The position numbers and the translations under genes were made by a program. The notes below the pieces were generated by a model. The model was not told the origin of the DNA. It worked only from the letters and a program-made list of their open reading frames with translations, and did not search any database. A DNA stretch of 24,000 nt from Aliamphritea ceti (lineage in GTDB: Bacteria; Pseudomonadota; Gammaproteobacteria; Pseudomonadales; Balneatricaceae): assembly GCF_024347215.1 (NCBI RefSeq), contig NZ_AP025282.1, positions 245,614 to 269,613 of the forward strand, read 5' to 3'. The stretch's first letter is position 1. Each line of letters opens with the position of its first letter. Shown piece after piece: positions 1 to 8,969 of the stretch.

Positions 1-1
1 G

Positions 2-169
2 GCTAATGAGCTGGCGTATCACAAGGCAGTGAATGAGCTGGTGGAGTTTACTTTCCTGCCAAACATTGAGCATCCGGAAGTAAAAACCTTATTTGAGGCA
101 GGGCTTAAAATCTTCAAAGTACATCAGGGTCATGCTGAGCATATGGTAGATAAGCTAAATGCCAGGTAA
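2..169 (+). CDS. 3' end of a CDS truncated by the left window edge; hypothetical, with a His/Glu-rich helical C-terminus (a metal-binding or ferritin-like function is only a guess)
   Basis: The frame is open from position 2 (ANELAYHKAVNELVEFTFLPNIEHPEVKTLFEAGLKIFKVHQGHAEHMVDKLNAR) to TAA at 167-169. It is absent from the ORF track because no start lies inside the window. Its stop overlaps the next gene's ATG (159) by 11 nt. Confidence 0.45.
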   Translation, partial: ANELAYHKAVNELVEFTFLPNIEHPEVKTLFEAGLKIFKVHQGHAEHMVDKLNAR

Positions 170-539
170 AACAGAGCTCAGTAAGCAAGTTGTGAATAAC
201 CAGTTGCCTGATATTTCCCGGCGAAACTGGTTGTTCCGGGTAATGCAGCTTGGAGGGGCGCTGGCATTGCCAGTACCTTTGGTGAGTCTGGCAGCACAGC
301 AATATAAGGTATCAATACAAAGCTTTGCGTTTGTGCCTGCGCAGCTAAAGGTTGCGCCTGGAGATCAGATTACCTGGTTTAACGAAGACATAGTGCCGCA
401 TACGGCGACGGCTAAAGACCACAGTTGGGATACCGGCATTATTGAGCCGGGTCAGCAGGTAACTGTACAGATCCCGGCGGGTGCCGGAGCAGAATATTAC
501 TGCCTGTATCATCCGATGATGCTGGGCAGTATTAGCTGA
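159..539 (+). CDS. Small cupredoxin (type-1 blue-copper, amicyanin/plastocyanin-like) with a twin-arginine signal peptide
   Basis: The N-terminus SRRNWLF followed by a hydrophobic stretch ending AAQQ resembles the Tat consensus S/T-R-R-x-F-L-K. Copper ligands are readable: His in IVPHTA and C-x2-H-x2-M in YYCLYHPMM near the C-terminus. The mature domain is about 80 aa. Confidence 0.85.
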   Translation: MPGKTELSKQVVNNQLPDISRRNWLFRVMQLGGALALPVPLVSLAAQQYKVSIQSFAFVPAQLKVAPGDQITWFNEDIVPHTATAKDHSWDTGIIEPGQQVTVQIPAGAGAEYYCLYHPMMLGSIS

Positions 540-572
540 ACGTAGGCCGTGTGCCTACGTTCAGCGTTTGTT
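535..572. terminator. 13-bp perfect-stem hairpin between the convergent cupredoxin and MCP genes
   Basis: GCTGAACGTAGGC (535-547), a 5-nt loop CGTGT, then GCCTACGTTCAGC (553-565), followed on the + strand by GTTTGTT. The left arm includes the cupredoxin stop codon. The U-tract is weak, so intrinsic termination is likely but not certain. Confidence 0.6.
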
Positions 573-578
573 AGCAGG

Positions 579-2576
579 TTACTTAAGACGGAAATTAAGT
601 ACCAGACTGTTGAGACGTTCAGCCAGCTGAGCCAGCATGAGCGTTGCTTCAGCTGTTTGCTTGGCGCCTCCTGCTGTTTGCTGAGACAGTTCACTTATGT
701 TGGTAATACTGAGATTAATTTCTTCCGAGACGGAGGACTGTTGTTCAGCGGCACTGGCAATCTGAATATTCATGTCTCTGATCTCATTGATCGAGCCGGA
801 TATTTTGTTGATTGCGTTGCCAGCATTGCTTGCCATTTCCAGTGTTTCCATGGTTTTCTGGCTACTGGTTTTCATGATGCCTACCGCTTGACGAGTACCT
901 GTTTGCAGTTGGTTGATCATGGTTTCAATGTCACTGGTGGATTCCTGAGTCTTCTGTGCCAGAGAGCGTACTTCATCAGCCACAACGGCAAAGCCACGCC
1001 CCTGTTCACCGGCACGGGCAGCTTCAATTGCAGCGTTCAGTGCCAGTAAGTTGGTCTGATCGGCAATGCCGCGGATAACATCCATTACTGAGCCTATTTG
1101 CGCACTTTGTGTTTCCAGTGACTGAATGGACTGAGCAGCCTGACCTATTTCGTCGTTCAGGCTATTTATGATCAGGTTCGTTTTGTCGGTAACATCTTTA
1201 GCCAGCAAGGCTTCCTGTGCTGCGGTTTCTGCAGCATCAGAGGCATGCGCTGCACTACTGGCGACTTCCTGAACAGATGCTGTCATTTGTGCCGTGGCAG
1301 CGGCTACCTGAACAGATTCCTTTTGTTGCTGTTGCACGACGCCGTTGCTTTGCTGAGTAACAACTGACGTTTCTTCGCTGGTGGTAGCTATTTCGTTACT
1401 GGCCTCAACAATTTTGCTGATCATACTTTGCAAAGTATGAGTCATCTGGCTCATAGCGCTGTAGACACTGGCCTGGTGATCAGTGCTATCAAATTTACGG
1501 GTCAGGTCGCCGGATGCAATTTGCTCAGCAATCATACGCATGTCATTTGGCTCGCCGCCTAATGGCTGAGTGACTGATCGTGAGACTTTAAGAGCTGTAA
1601 CAATAATCAGACCGGCAGCCACTAACAAAATCAGCAAAATATCGAGTTTAAGTTCTTCGATTATTTCAAATGCTTCGGCTTCATCTATTTCGGCAATCAG
1701 AGCCCAGTTATGCCCCCCAACAGAGACCGGCGTATAGGCTGAGAGTACCGGATTGCCGTTGTAGTCGGTGATGATATCTACGTTGGTATTGCCTTTGAGA
1801 GCTTCGCTGGTGGCTGCTGTATCGACACCATTATTTGCTATGTCACCTGCAAAGGAGGCTTTTACCGAATGGCCGCGGGGATCCAGGAATGAATCAGAAC
1901 GCATTCGCATATCATTGCCAACCAGATAAGACTCACCGGTTGCGCCCATGCCATCCCGTACCTGCATGAATTTGTTGATGGCCTCGATGGATAATTGCAG
2001 AGCAACTACAGCGACTAGCTGACCATTTTGATACAGGGGCTCAGCAATAAAAGCTGCTGGTTCATTGTTTGAAGGTGCATAAGGTGCGAAATCTTCAAGT
2101 ACAAAGTCACGTTTATCACGGGCGTTGCGGAAGACGCGTGCCAGGCCACTGTCGCGGTATGTGCCGCTGATCAGGTTCGTGCCAAAGTCGGCCTCTTTAG
2201 CTTCAGTAAAGAACACATCACCCTGAGGGCTAATCAGGAATACATCATAATAGCCGTAGCTTTTGACGTATTTATTAAAGAAGTTTTGGCTAGCACCCGG
2301 ACGAGGCTGGGTTAACGGTGTTAGTGCGGTTTCCAGATCAGTACTTTTACCGGCAAACAGTGCGACAGTTTCGGTAAGAATTGCCATGTCGCCTTCGCGT
2401 TCAAAAAAGAATCCTTCAAGTTGTGCTTTTTTGATACCTCTGACAGCTTCCAGTTGATGAAAAGCTTGCTGAGATAAACCGCTACTGGCGAGATAAAAGG
2501 CAATGCCGCCAACTAACAGGGCTGGGATCATCCCAACAAGCAGAAAAATCAGAGTGAGTTTTTGGGTAAGTTTCAT
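579..2576 (-). CDS. Methyl-accepting chemotaxis protein (N-terminal TM, periplasmic dCache-like sensor, second TM, HAMP, MCP signalling domain)
   Basis: 665 aa. There are two hydrophobic segments (aa ~10-30 and ~305-325). The conserved signalling hairpin region reads [37 protein letters not shown], and the methylation-helix regions are Gln/Glu/Ala/Ser-rich. Confidence 0.95.
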   Translation of the reverse strand: MKLTQKLTLIFLLVGMIPALLVGGIAFYLASSGLSQQAFHQLEAVRGIKKAQLEGFFFEREGDMAILTETVALFAGKSTDLETALTPLTQPRPGASQNFFNKYVKSYGYYDVFLISPQGDVFFTEAKEADFGTNLISGTYRDSGLARVFRNARDKRDFVLEDFAPYAPSNNEPAAFIAEPLYQNGQLVAVVALQLSIEAINKFMQVRDGMGATGESYLVGNDMRMRSDSFLDPRGHSVKASFAGDIANNGVDTAATSEALKGNTNVDIITDYNGNPVLSAYTPVSVGGHNWALIAEIDEAEAFEIIEELKLDILLILLVAAGLIIVTALKVSRSVTQPLGGEPNDMRMIAEQIASGDLTRKFDSTDHQASVYSAMSQMTHTLQSMISKIVEASNEIATTSEETSVVTQQSNGVVQQQQKESVQVAAATAQMTASVQEVASSAAHASDAAETAAQEALLAKDVTDKTNLIINSLNDEIGQAAQSIQSLETQSAQIGSVMDVIRGIADQTNLLALNAAIEAARAGEQGRGFAVVADEVRSLAQKTQESTSDIETMINQLQTGTRQAVGIMKTSSQKTMETLEMASNAGNAINKISGSINEIRDMNIQIASAAEQQSSVSEEINLSITNISELSQQTAGGAKQTAEATLMLAQLAERLNSLVLNFRLK

Positions 2577-2793
2577 GGGGCCTCCATGGCAAATAACTAG
2601 TACGACTGCCTTGCTGTACTACTTAATTGATTAAGCTAGCGTTAAGGCGTGACATTATCATTTTCATGTGACAGTTGTGCAAAGTGTAAATGGGCATTTA
2701 GTCTATAAAAGAGCCATTCATATGCTCATTTTGGGAGGTGGGCGGGTTAGGCGGTAGGTAATAAACTTACTTATGGTATGGCTATTGTGCTAT

Positions 2794-2829
2794 GAAAAGG
2801 AAAAATGCCGGTAAGGAGGAATTACCGGC
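2794..2829 (-). terminator. Rho-independent terminator downstream of the cupin gene
   Basis: The minus strand reads GCCGGTAA-ttcctcc-TTACCGGC (8-bp stem, 2807-2814 / 2822-2829) followed by ATTTTTCCTTTTC. Confidence 0.7.
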
Positions 2830-2847
2830 GGCATTAAAAACAACGTC

Positions 2848-3159
2848 TCAGACGCTGCCTGCTGTTTCGACTACCAGAATACGGGCCTCGCCGATTGGAT
2901 GCGCAACGTGCTCGGTACCCACCGATGCATAAAAAATATCGCCGGTTTCCAGTCGTATAATGCTTTCTTTGCCTTGTTCGCGATAATGCATATCAACCTT
3001 TCCATCCAGTACAGCAAAGACTTCTTCACCGTCATTGATATGCCACTTGTAGGGTTGGTCAGTCCAATGAAGCCGGGTAGTGATGCCGTTCATACTGGCG
3101 ATGTCCTGAGCCCCCCAGGCCCGTTCAGCGGTAAACTCTTTTGCACGATAAATCTTCAT
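2848..3159 (-). CDS. Cupin domain protein (small single-domain cupin)
   Basis: 103 aa. The layout is cupin-like: HWTDQPYKWHINDGEEVFAVLDG ... GDIFYASVGTEHVAHP, i.e. the two His-containing cupin motifs. It lies 38 nt downstream of the response regulator on the same strand. Confidence 0.8.
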   Translation of the reverse strand: MKIYRAKEFTAERAWGAQDIASMNGITTRLHWTDQPYKWHINDGEEVFAVLDGKVDMHYREQGKESIIRLETGDIFYASVGTEHVAHPIGEARILVVETAGSV

Positions 3160-3197
3160 AGTGTTTCCTGTGTGGATCGTCTGCGGCAGAGCCTGAC

Positions 3198-3866
3198 TTA
3201 AAGCGCGAGTAGATAACCTTTACTGCGTACTGTCTTAATATACCGATAAGGTGGTTGATCATCGTTGAGCTTTTTGCGCAATGTAGATATTCGCAAATCT
3301 ATTGCCCGGTCGATGCCGTCAAAAGGAATACCACGAATATCCTGGTATAGCTGCTCCCGGGAGATAATTTCGCCGGCCTTTTCATACAGGTAGGCCAATA
3401 GCTGATATTCACCGCTGGTGAGTTCCAGTGCAATGCCTTTCAAGCTGGCGGTATAGGTCGCAGAGTCGAGGTGAATATCCTGCACGGGTGTATTGGCGGG
3501 ATAGCTGCGGCGCAACAGGGCTTCAATATGCGCGAGTAACAGATGCGGCCGGATGGGTTTTTGCAGATAGTTATCCACACCCAGCTGCAGTGACGCTGTG
3601 GCAACCATGTCATCATCTTTAGCTGTCAGCATCAGTACCGGAATGTCACTGGATTTGCGCAGGTGGCGACAGATTTCCAGGCCGTCCCGGCCGGGTAGCA
3701 TCAGGTCAAGTACCGCCAGATCAAAGCTTTGCTGGTCGATTTCATGGCAGGCGACATTCCCGTCATGACAACAGACCACAGTAAAACCTTCTTCCTGTAA
3801 AAAGCTCTGCATCATTTCTGCCAGTGGGGCATCATCTTCTACCAGCAATATGCGGGTATCACGCAT
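3198..3866 (-). CDS. OmpR/PhoB-family response regulator, RstA-like
   Basis: 222 aa. Receiver motifs are present (LLVEDD, phospho-acceptor context AVLDLMLPG, LMLTAK, QKPI). The C-terminal winged-helix reads LTSGEYQLLAYLYEKAGEIISREQL ... IKTVRSKGY. A GGAGAGAG Shine-Dalgarno sequence lies 4 nt upstream of the ATG. Confidence 0.9.
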   Translation of the reverse strand: MRDTRILLVEDDAPLAEMMQSFLQEEGFTVVCCHDGNVACHEIDQQSFDLAVLDLMLPGRDGLEICRHLRKSSDIPVLMLTAKDDDMVATASLQLGVDNYLQKPIRPHLLLAHIEALLRRSYPANTPVQDIHLDSATYTASLKGIALELTSGEYQLLAYLYEKAGEIISREQLYQDIRGIPFDGIDRAIDLRISTLRKKLNDDQPPYRYIKTVRSKGYLLAL

Positions 3867-3877
3867 CGACTCTCTCC

Positions 3878-3903
3878 TGCTTACAAATGCTTACATTTAC
3901 ACA
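3878..3903. promoter_or_regulatory. Candidate response-regulator binding site: 10-bp-phased direct repeat, RstA-box-like
   Basis: TGCTTACA occurs at 3878-3885 and again at 3888-3895, followed by TTTACA at 3896-3901. TACAAATGCTTACA (3882-3895) fits the E. coli RstA box as I recall it (TACATNTNGTTACA) at all but two specified positions. It sits in the divergent intergenic region between the regulator and the lipoprotein/kinase unit. Confidence 0.45.
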
Positions 3904-3976
3904 CGGTTATGCAACTGAAGGGCTTTCTGCCGCCGGCTATCATAGCTGCAATTGTTAACCGGCATCTAGTTTACAG

Positions 3977-4384
3977 ATGTCTGAATTGCAGGACATGAAG
4001 AAAATGTATTCTAAAACGAATCTGATACTGGCAACCAGCCTGGTGTTCACAACTTTACTGACTGGCTGCGCGAACACCGCGTCTGATTATGAGCCAATCG
4101 TAGACGGCCCGAAGGACGCGTTATTTTATGACGACCTTGCTGCCTGTAAAAATCTTGCCGAGCAGCGTGAGTATCTGAATGGTGATACTAAATCTGAAGC
4201 TTTGCTGGGGGCAGGATTAGGGGCTGTCGTTGGCGCAATCGGTGGTGATACCGGAGATATCGTTGGTGGAGCTCTGGTTGGAGGCGCTCTGAGCGCAGGG
4301 GGTAGTGCCTGGGAAGTACGGGGCGAACGTAAGAGCATTGTTATTGAATGTATGAATGGTCGTGGACACCGGGTGGTGGGCTAA
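3977..4384 (+). CDS. Glycine-zipper outer-membrane lipoprotein (SlyB/YMGG-like)
   Basis: The lipobox is LLTGC followed by ANT. The glycine-zipper run reads GAGLGAVVGAIGGDTGDIVGGALVGGALSAGG. The true start may be the in-frame ATG at 3995 (MKKMYSKTNLIL...). Confidence 0.8.
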   Translation: MSELQDMKKMYSKTNLILATSLVFTTLLTGCANTASDYEPIVDGPKDALFYDDLAACKNLAEQREYLNGDTKSEALLGAGLGAVVGAIGGDTGDIVGGALVGGALSAGGSAWEVRGERKSIVIECMNGRGHRVVG

Positions 4385-4517
4385 ACGCAAGAGGGGAAAA
4401 GTTTCAGCCTGCGCCGCTTCAGGGGAACGTCCGAGTGGATAAGATACATGACTATTGGTGGGTTATGTTTGTTATTCTGGGGCTGGCATTCAGTCATTGG
4501 GTAAGTGGTAGCGAATT

Positions 4518-5816
4518 ATGCGCAGGCTTTTTTTTAAAACAGTTTTCGGTATCAGCGGCATTATTGTGCTGGGGATACTGAGTCTGGTGTTTTTTGTGAT
4601 TGAGCCGGCGTTCGATGAGTTTGGCGAGATTGAATATCAGGAAGAAACATCACTGGAGCATCGTTTAGTTTACGTCTTGCTGGCAGATCAGCCATTTGAA
4701 GAGTGGCAAACCAGTATTGCTGAGTACAGCAGTTTTTTTGAACTGACGACCAGTCTGGTGAAGCATTCCGATGTCCCAGCCGATGCTGAGCCATTTACGA
4801 CACCTGATGGCCAGTCCGGGGAGTTCTGGGTCGATGAAGAAGATTTGTATTACAGCTATTATCCCAGCCCGGATCCCGAATGGCTGATTCTCTACGAAGA
4901 AGGTGACAGCGAGTTGGTAGATGAAAGCCGTGCCGAAATGGCTGTGGCGCTTTTATTTATCGGGCCACTGGTGATTATCATTCTGGCGATGCTGCTGGGT
5001 ATTGGTTATCTACTGTATGCCTTTAGTCGGCCAATGCAGGCGCTGGAGGCGGCTATCGAAGGTTTTAGCCATGATACTAAGGTGCGTCTGGGGCAAGAGC
5101 ATGGCAAGCTGATTCCAAATATAGTCACAGCATTTAATGGCATGGCTGACCGGCTGGGTTCAACGCTGACTGAACAGCAGGTCATGATTGCTGCGATTCC
5201 CCATGAGCTGCGAACACCGATTGCCCGTATTCGTTTTGCACTGGATATGCTGCGGGGCAAGCAGGGAGAAACACTGTGGCAAGGCCTTGAGCGGATCGAT
5301 AATTATGTCGATGAGTTGCAGCAAACATCAGAAAATATTCTTGAGTTGAGCAAAGTGAATCAGGAGGCGCTGATACTGCAGCCGATCTCGCTGACTGAGC
5401 TGGTAACGCAAAGCTGTGGGGAATATCGCGAAGCATCGGAACTGGCAGTTAGTATGCCTGATGATAATGTTCTGGTTCAGGGTAATTCAGGATTGATACA
5501 ACGGGTATTGGGCAATCTGTTGGACAATGCGCTGCAGTGTCATCAGAGTTATATCGCGCTAAGCCTGACAATGGTTAAAGAACATGCAGTGATCTGCATT
5601 GAAAATGATGGCGCTGATTTAAGCGCAGAAGATATAAGTCAGTTATTCCAGCCATTTTACCGTGCTGATAGTAGTCGAAGTCGCCGTTCGGGTGGTCTAG
5701 GTATTGGTCTGACTCTGGTTGCGCAGATTATTGCCCGGCATAAGGGTGAAGTGAGTGCTGAACTGATCAGGCCGGGCGTCATTCAGGTGAAAGTATCGCT
5801 ACCGGTTATCGAATAA
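4518..5816 (+). CDS. Two-component sensor histidine kinase, RstB-like (two TM segments, acidic periplasmic loop, HAMP, HisKA, HATPase_c)
   Basis: 432 aa. The H-box is IPHELRTPIARIRFALDML, the N-box LGNLLDNALQ, and the G-boxes ENDGADL and GGLGIGLTLV. The segments FNGMADRL and FQPFYRADSSRSRRSGGLGIGL resemble E. coli RstB as I recall it. Confidence 0.9.
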   Translation: MRRLFFKTVFGISGIIVLGILSLVFFVIEPAFDEFGEIEYQEETSLEHRLVYVLLADQPFEEWQTSIAEYSSFFELTTSLVKHSDVPADAEPFTTPDGQSGEFWVDEEDLYYSYYPSPDPEWLILYEEGDSELVDESRAEMAVALLFIGPLVIIILAMLLGIGYLLYAFSRPMQALEAAIEGFSHDTKVRLGQEHGKLIPNIVTAFNGMADRLGSTLTEQQVMIAAIPHELRTPIARIRFALDMLRGKQGETLWQGLERIDNYVDELQQTSENILELSKVNQEALILQPISLTELVTQSCGEYREASELAVSMPDDNVLVQGNSGLIQRVLGNLLDNALQCHQSYIALSLTMVKEHAVICIENDGADLSAEDISQLFQPFYRADSSRSRRSGGLGIGLTLVAQIIARHKGEVSAELIRPGVIQVKVSLPVIE

Positions 5817-5818
5817 CT

Positions 5819-5847
5819 AAAAAGCCGGATAGTCATCCGGCTTTTTT
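5819..5847. terminator. Bidirectional rho-independent terminator shared by the kinase gene (+) and tag (-)
   Basis: AAAAA-GCCGGAT-agtc-ATCCGGC-TTTTTT (stem 5824-5830 / 5835-5841). An A-tract lies on one side and a T-tract on the other. Confidence 0.85.
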
Positions 5848-5866
5848 GTGTTTGAGGGTGATGCCA

Positions 5867-6454
5867 TCAGAGGGCGAATGTTTCGGCCAGCTGTTTACAG
5901 GGCTGGTAGCGAATACAACCAACTTCGTGGTCGTTCACCATGCCAGTTGCCTGCATAAAGGCGTAGCAAATGGTCGGGCCAACAAAGTTCATACCGAGTT
6001 TCTTCAGTGCTTTGCTCATGGCAATAGATTCAGGTGTTGATCCCGGTACTTCACTCATGTTTTGCCAGCTGTTCTGGACAGGTTTGTAGTTCACAAACTG
6101 CCAGATATATTTTGCGAAACTGCCATGTTCTTTTTGCAGTTCGAGAAAAATTCGGGCGTTCTTCACGGATGCTTCCAGCTTGCCGCGATGCCGGACAATA
6201 CCTGCATCCTGCAACATAGCTTCAATTTTATCGGCATCAAATTCAGCGACTTTTTGCGGATCAAACCCTTCATATTGCCGGCGGTAGCCTTCACGTTTTT
6301 CCAGAATAGTCCGCCAGCTCAGACCAGCCTGAGCGCTTTCCAGTATCAGGTATTCAAACAGTATCTGATCGTCAGTCTGTGGAACGCCCCAGACTTCATC
6401 GTGATATTGAGTTTCCAGTTCGGTCACGGTTGACCAGGCACAGCGTTGACTCAT
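5867..6454 (-). CDS. tag: DNA-3-methyladenine glycosylase I
   Basis: 195 aa. CAWSTVTELETQYHDEVWGVP, LILESAQAGLSWRTILEKREGYR and the C-terminal Cys/His zinc-snap residues are typical of Tag. Confidence 0.92.
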   Translation of the reverse strand: MSQRCAWSTVTELETQYHDEVWGVPQTDDQILFEYLILESAQAGLSWRTILEKREGYRRQYEGFDPQKVAEFDADKIEAMLQDAGIVRHRGKLEASVKNARIFLELQKEHGSFAKYIWQFVNYKPVQNSWQNMSEVPGSTPESIAMSKALKKLGMNFVGPTICYAFMQATGMVNDHEVGCIRYQPCKQLAETFAL

Positions 6455-6526
6455 GACGACAATCCTTATCTATAGGGTGTTAATAACCGGGTTAGCAGCT
6501 TTTGGTTCAGGGGCGTTAACTCAGCG

Positions 6527-6781
6527 TTAATGCTTAGTACCCGGATTCGGATGGAAAATCAGTGGTTGAGCCGGTTCAAGCTCTACCTTTCCGCCACGGT
6601 TTACCCGGGTTTCCATTTCTTCTGATGGCTGATCAGAGCCATCCATTGCCATGGAGTCTTCAAAATCGCAGCGTACGCATTCGCGGTATTCGCGGCCGTC
6701 AGCACGATACATTTTCAGGGTGTCCATTTCAGCGCACCGGGGACACACTGCCCCGGCGATAAAGCGTTTTACGATAGTCAT
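6527..6781 (-). CDS. yheV: YheV-family zinc-ribbon protein
   Basis: 84 aa. KRFIAGAVCPRCAEMD...ECVRCDF provides CPxC...CxxC, and the C-terminal IFHPN resembles E. coli YheV. It lies directly downstream of prlC. Confidence 0.8.
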   Translation of the reverse strand: MTIVKRFIAGAVCPRCAEMDTLKMYRADGREYRECVRCDFEDSMAMDGSDQPSEEMETRVNRGGKVELEPAQPLIFHPNPGTKH

Positions 6782-6789
6782 AAATGCTC

Positions 6790-8835
6790 TCAGTTCGGTT
6801 GGCTGACGATGCCAGAGTGACGCAGTAGCGCATCAACTTCCGGTGCCCGTCCACGGAAAGCGGTGAACAGTTCCATAGGTTCGCGGGAGCCGCCCATTTC
6901 TAAAATGTTACTGCGGAAGTCACGGCCTGCCTGCGGATCAAAGATACCTTCTTCTTCGAACCGGGAGAAAGCATCGGCTGACAGTACTTCTGCCCATTTA
7001 TAGCTATAGTAGCCTGCTGCGTAACCGCCGGCAAAAATGTGCGAGAAACTGTGCTGGAATCGGTTGAAGTCCGGTGCACTGATAACGGCTACTTTACTGC
7101 GCACATCATTCAGCACTGCCTGAACATCGGTTTGACCGGTTTGATACTCAGCATGCAGACGGAAATCAAACAGAGAGAATTCCAGCTGACGCACCATCAT
7201 CATGCCTGACTGGAAGTTTTTCGCTGCTAACATTTTATCCAGCATGTCCTGCGGCAGGGTTTCGCCCGTTTCATAATGACCGGAAATAAGAGCCAGCGCT
7301 TCAGGTTCGTAACACCAGTTTTCCAGGAACTGACTTGGCAGTTCGACAGCATCCCAGGCGACACCGTTGATACCGCTGACATCGGCGGATTCTATCTTGG
7401 TCAGCATGTGGTGCAGACCGTGGCCGAATTCATGGAATAACGTTGTTACTTCGTTATGGGTCAGCAGTGCAGGCTTGTCGCCAACCGGAGAATTGAAGTT
7501 ACATACCAGATAAGCAACAGGTAGCTGAATCGCACCGTCGTTCAGGCGGCGGCGTACCCGGCATTCATCCATCCAGGCACCGCCACGCTTTTTCTCACGG
7601 GCGAAAGGGTCCAGATAGAAACGGGCAATGGTTTCGCTGCCACGTATAACATTGAACAGGCGGGCATCTTTATGCCAGCTGTCGAATTCGGTTACTTCTT
7701 CTATTTCAATGTCGAACAATTTACCTGTTACCTGGAACAGGCCACTGAGGACTTTTGACATTGGGAAGTAAGGGCGAAGTTCTTCCTGAGAAATCGCATA
7801 GCGGTCTTGCTTAAGCTTTTCGCCGTAATAGCTGATATCCCAGGCTTCCAGTTTATCCAGCCCTTGTTGCTGCTGGGCAAACTCAGTCAGTTCAGCCAGT
7901 TCCTGCTGTGCGACCGGAAGGCTCTTAATTGCCAGATCTTCCAGAAACTGAATAACCTGCGAGGTGTTCTCTGCCATTTTGGTGGCCAGGGAGTATTCTG
8001 AATAGTTAGCGAAGCCAAGTAGTTGAGCCAGCTCACTGCGTAATTCGAGAATTTCTGTCATTAGCGGGGAGTTATCCCACTTACCTGCATGAGGCCCCTG
8101 ATCAGATGCCCGGGTACAGAAGGCTTCATATACTTCACGGCGTAATTCGCGGTTATCAGCATAGGTAATAACCGGGAAGTAGGATGGGAAGTCCAGCGTA
8201 ATTAACCAGCCTTGCTGATCTTTTGCTTCCGCTTGTTGTTTCGCAGCAGCAATGGCCATCTCGGGCAGACCGGCCAGTTCGGCTTCATCGGTAAGCACTT
8301 TGCTCCAGCCATCGGTTGCGTCCATCAGGTTTTCAGAAAACTTAGTGGTCAGCTCCGACAGACGTTGCTGCAACTCGGCATAACGCTGTTGATCTTCATC
8401 TTCCAGTGCGATACCGCTAAGGGTGAAGTCACGCAGCGCGTTGTTGATAGCTTTTTGCTGAGCTTCGTTAAGTACCGGGTAAACATCTGAGTCACGCAGA
8501 TCTTTAAACGCCTGGTATAGCGGCTGATGCTGGCCCATTTCGGTCCAGTACTGAGACAGTTTTGGCAAACAGGCGTTATACGCATCGCGTAGGGCATCGC
8601 TGTTAACGACTGCATTCATATGGGAAACCGGTGACCATGCCTGAGACAGACGGTCGTTCAGTGCTTCCAGAGGCGCGACTAAATTTTCCCAGCTAGGTGC
8701 TGTCAGGTTGTTTAGAATAGTTTCCAGCTGTTGGCGGTTATCTGCCAGTAACTGATCGATGGCCGGCTCGATCTGGTCCGGTTGCAGTGTGCTGAATGGA
8801 GGTAACAAATTGTTTTGCAGCAGAGGATTCGACAT
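6790..8835 (-). CDS. prlC: Oligopeptidase A (M3 family zinc metallopeptidase)
   Basis: 681 aa. The zinc motif is FHEFGHGLHHMLT. Length and overall pattern are typical of OpdA/PrlC. Confidence 0.95.
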   Translation of the reverse strand: MSNPLLQNNLLPPFSTLQPDQIEPAIDQLLADNRQQLETILNNLTAPSWENLVAPLEALNDRLSQAWSPVSHMNAVVNSDALRDAYNACLPKLSQYWTEMGQHQPLYQAFKDLRDSDVYPVLNEAQQKAINNALRDFTLSGIALEDEDQQRYAELQQRLSELTTKFSENLMDATDGWSKVLTDEAELAGLPEMAIAAAKQQAEAKDQQGWLITLDFPSYFPVITYADNRELRREVYEAFCTRASDQGPHAGKWDNSPLMTEILELRSELAQLLGFANYSEYSLATKMAENTSQVIQFLEDLAIKSLPVAQQELAELTEFAQQQQGLDKLEAWDISYYGEKLKQDRYAISQEELRPYFPMSKVLSGLFQVTGKLFDIEIEEVTEFDSWHKDARLFNVIRGSETIARFYLDPFAREKKRGGAWMDECRVRRRLNDGAIQLPVAYLVCNFNSPVGDKPALLTHNEVTTLFHEFGHGLHHMLTKIESADVSGINGVAWDAVELPSQFLENWCYEPEALALISGHYETGETLPQDMLDKMLAAKNFQSGMMMVRQLEFSLFDFRLHAEYQTGQTDVQAVLNDVRSKVAVISAPDFNRFQHSFSHIFAGGYAAGYYSYKWAEVLSADAFSRFEEEGIFDPQAGRDFRSNILEMGGSREPMELFTAFRGRAPEVDALLRHSGIVSQPN

Positions 8836-8924
8836 ACACTAGCTCCGGTAAATAAGATAATGCCTTGCGTGATGTTGGCTGGGAAAAGTCCCGGCTGTAT
8901 TTGGTGGCAGGCGTGTTCTCTTTT

Positions 8925-8952
8925 ATGTAAGGGCAAAAAGACTTTTTTCAAT
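8925..8952 (-). promoter_or_regulatory. Candidate prlC promoter (TTGAAA -35 hexamer; the -10 is ambiguous between sigma-32-like and sigma-70-like)
   Basis: The minus strand reads ATTGAAA-aaagtctttttg-CCCTTACATAAA. TTGAAA matches the sigma-32 -35 core, and CCCTTACAT is only a partial match to CCCCATNT. The alternative sigma-70 reading is TTGAAA-N18-CATAAA. Confidence 0.3.
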
Positions 8953-8969
8953 CAGGGACTTGGTCTTAT

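Noticed and set aside
549-1049. A 166-aa + strand ORF antisense to the MCP signalling domain. Similar antisense ORFs occur at 2263-2457, 5006-5436, 7807-8001, 8212-8490, 10345-10728, 16091-16554, 18394-18708 and 19702-20121.
   Set aside because: Each lies entirely inside a well-supported gene on the opposite strand. Their compositions are low-complexity or Cys/Arg-rich, and I saw no recognisable motifs, Shine-Dalgarno sequences or signals. They look like typical shadow ORFs.
2577-2793. I searched the long MCP upstream region for a FliA (sigma-28) promoter (TAAA-N15-GCCGATAA) and for small ORFs.
   Set aside because: The only match was a poor one (AATGATAA, without a correctly spaced TAAA). 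The mini-ORFs are 11-13 codons with no Shine-Dalgarno sequence. Nothing here is supportable.
4448-4504. An 18-codon hydrophobic mini-ORF (MTIGGLCLLFWGWHSVIG) in the spacer just upstream of the RstB-like kinase. This is reminiscent of small membrane peptides that modulate kinases.
   Set aside because: It has no convincing Shine-Dalgarno sequence, and an ORF this short is expected by chance. The overlapping 77-aa track ORF (4348-4581) is also implausible. It is worth revisiting only if ribosome profiling or conservation supports it.
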